This document shows, piece by piece, positions 61,950 through 62,784 of a DNA stretch of 62,784 nt. The number at the start of each line of letters is the position of its first letter. Positions within the stretch are counted from its first letter, which is position 1. This DNA comes from an uncultured Bdellovibrionales bacterium. Its GTDB lineage: Bacteria; Bdellovibrionota_C; UBA2361; SZUA-149; CAYMWO01. Both the position numbers and the translations under genes were made by a program. The stretch spans positions 1-62,784 of the forward strand of contig CAYMWO010000001.1 in NCBI GenBank assembly GCA_964393905.1. The letters run 5' to 3'. The notes beneath the pieces were generated by a model, which saw only the letters and a list, made by a program, of their open reading frames with translations, had not been told where the DNA came from and ran no database searches.

Positions 61950-62784
61950 ATGTCTAAGCATTTTGATGTTTATGGAATTGGCAACGCGATTATCGATCTG
62001 CAGCTTCAGGTGACAGAGAATGACGTACGGACTCTAGGGCTTGAAAAGGGGGCAATGCAACTTGTTGATGCTGCCGCACAGAGTAGATTGATGCAACATT
62101 TCGGCGGGTCCATTCCACATAAAGCGAGTGGTGGCTCAGCAGCGAATACAATTATCTCCATCGCTCAGCTCGGGGGATCGGCCTCCTATGGATGCATTGT
62201 TGGTGATGACGAGAACGGGAAATTTTATCTTCATGAGATGAAAGAGTTAGGGGTCATACTCCACAACGCGGCGGTTCCCAACTCAGAGACTGGCACTAGC
62301 TTTATTCTTATTACTCCAGATGCCGAGCGAACGATGAACACCCATTTAGGGGTCACCGGAAGTTTTGCTCCAGCGCATGTCAGCGAAGAGCATCTGAAGA
62401 ATTCGCATTGGCTATATATCGAAGGCTATTTATTTTCCACGGCGGAAGGTCAAGCGGCGGCAAAACATGCCACTCAATTGGCTAAGCAACATGGGGTTAA
62501 GGTCGCCGTGACATTCTCTGATGGCTTTATTGTTGATGTCTTTGGCGAACACCTACGAGAGGTAGTAGGGCAAAGTGATTTAATTTTCGCAAACGCTAAT
62601 GAGGCACGACGGTTCACCGGAGAATCGGATAATTTGCAAGCTTGGTCAAAGTTGCGTGAGGCGGCCCCACAAGTAGTAATGACTTTGAGCGAAAAGGGGG
62701 CTCTTGTCTCCGCCCACGGACAGGAGTTCAAGATTGATCCGTTTATGACCAAAGCGGTTGATGATACTGGAGCTGGGGATATGT
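61950..62784 (+). CDS. PfkB-family carbohydrate/nucleoside kinase (adenosine-kinase-like), C-terminus off window
   Basis: Edge-truncated ORF absent from the track, open from ATG 61950 to the window end. Contains DVYGIGNAIIDL, GGSAANT and the PfkB signature DDTGAGDM at the very end. Confidence 0.85.
   Translation, partial: MSKHFDVYGIGNAIIDLQLQVTENDVRTLGLEKGAMQLVDAAAQSRLMQHFGGSIPHKASGGSAANTIISIAQLGGSASYGCIVGDDENGKFYLHEMKELGVILHNAAVPNSETGTSFILITPDAERTMNTHLGVTGSFAPAHVSEEHLKNSHWLYIEGYLFSTAEGQAAAKHATQLAKQHGVKVAVTFSDGFIVDVFGEHLREVVGQSDLIFANANEARRFTGESDNLQAWSKLREAAPQVVMTLSEKGALVSAHGQEFKIDPFMTKAVDDTGAGDM

Noticed and set aside
1-62784. CRISPR arrays, transposases/integrases, prophage or classic defence-island genes, rRNA/tRNA genes
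   Set aside because: I looked for these on both strands and found none. The only repeats seen are the short intergenic ones listed above. The window reads as core chromosome.

Overview
This window looks like a densely packed, core-type chromosomal region of a flagellated Gram-negative bacterium. Gene content and synteny suggest a Bdellovibrionota or deltaproteobacteria-like lineage, but I cannot verify the taxon from sequence alone. I support about 66 protein genes, including two edge-truncated ORFs that are missing from the supplied track. I found no rRNA or tRNA genes, no CRISPR array, no transposase or integrase, and no obvious prophage or defence island.

Two large flagellar blocks dominate the window.
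- Plus strand, 16.7-28.0 kb: a membrane protein, then flgF-flgG-flgA-flgH-flgI-flgJ(rod-binding only), then flgM-flgN-flgK-flgL, then csrA-fliW.
- Minus strand, 60.9-47.4 kb: motA, a MotB-like gene lacking the Asp, motB, fliL-fliM-fliN-fliO-fliP-fliQ-fliR, a 288-bp gap, then flhB-flhA-flhF-flhG, a small membrane protein and fliA.

The regulatory motifs visible by eye fit a sigma54/sigma28 hierarchy. There is a near-consensus sigma28 promoter before flgM and good sigma54 -24/-12 elements before flhB and in the 32.37-kb intergenic region.

Other content:
- queF and asnS.
- A PEP-CTERM protein plus a sugar transferase.
- An orphan ParA-like ATPase.
- ctaA-ctaB.
- A translationally coupled futalosine-pathway menaquinone operon: menG-ubiX, a Cys-less MqnE-like protein, mqnE and an mqnA::mqnC fusion.
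- A NarL-type response regulator.
- HDOD, STAS and zinc-ribbon genes.
- rpmB.
- An orphan GspK-like gene.
- A degenerate RibBA-like gene paired with an HD (COG1078/SAMHD1-like) phosphohydrolase.
- A GT2 / FAD-oxidoreductase / ArnD-like deacetylase set.
- msrB and polA.
- An ECF sigma/anti-sigma pair.
- rplM-rpsI.
- A CPBP protease and a PfkB kinase.

The items I consider most worth follow-up:
- The three-gene stator locus with an Asp-less MotB paralogue.
- The radical-SAM-derived but cluster-less MqnE/MqnC paralogue, next to an MqnA-MqnC fusion.
- The pseudo-RibBA plus HD-hydrolase pair.
- The sigma54 promoter, long leader, small protein and orphan GspK unit.

All functional calls rest on by-eye motif and family recognition. 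No database search was run.
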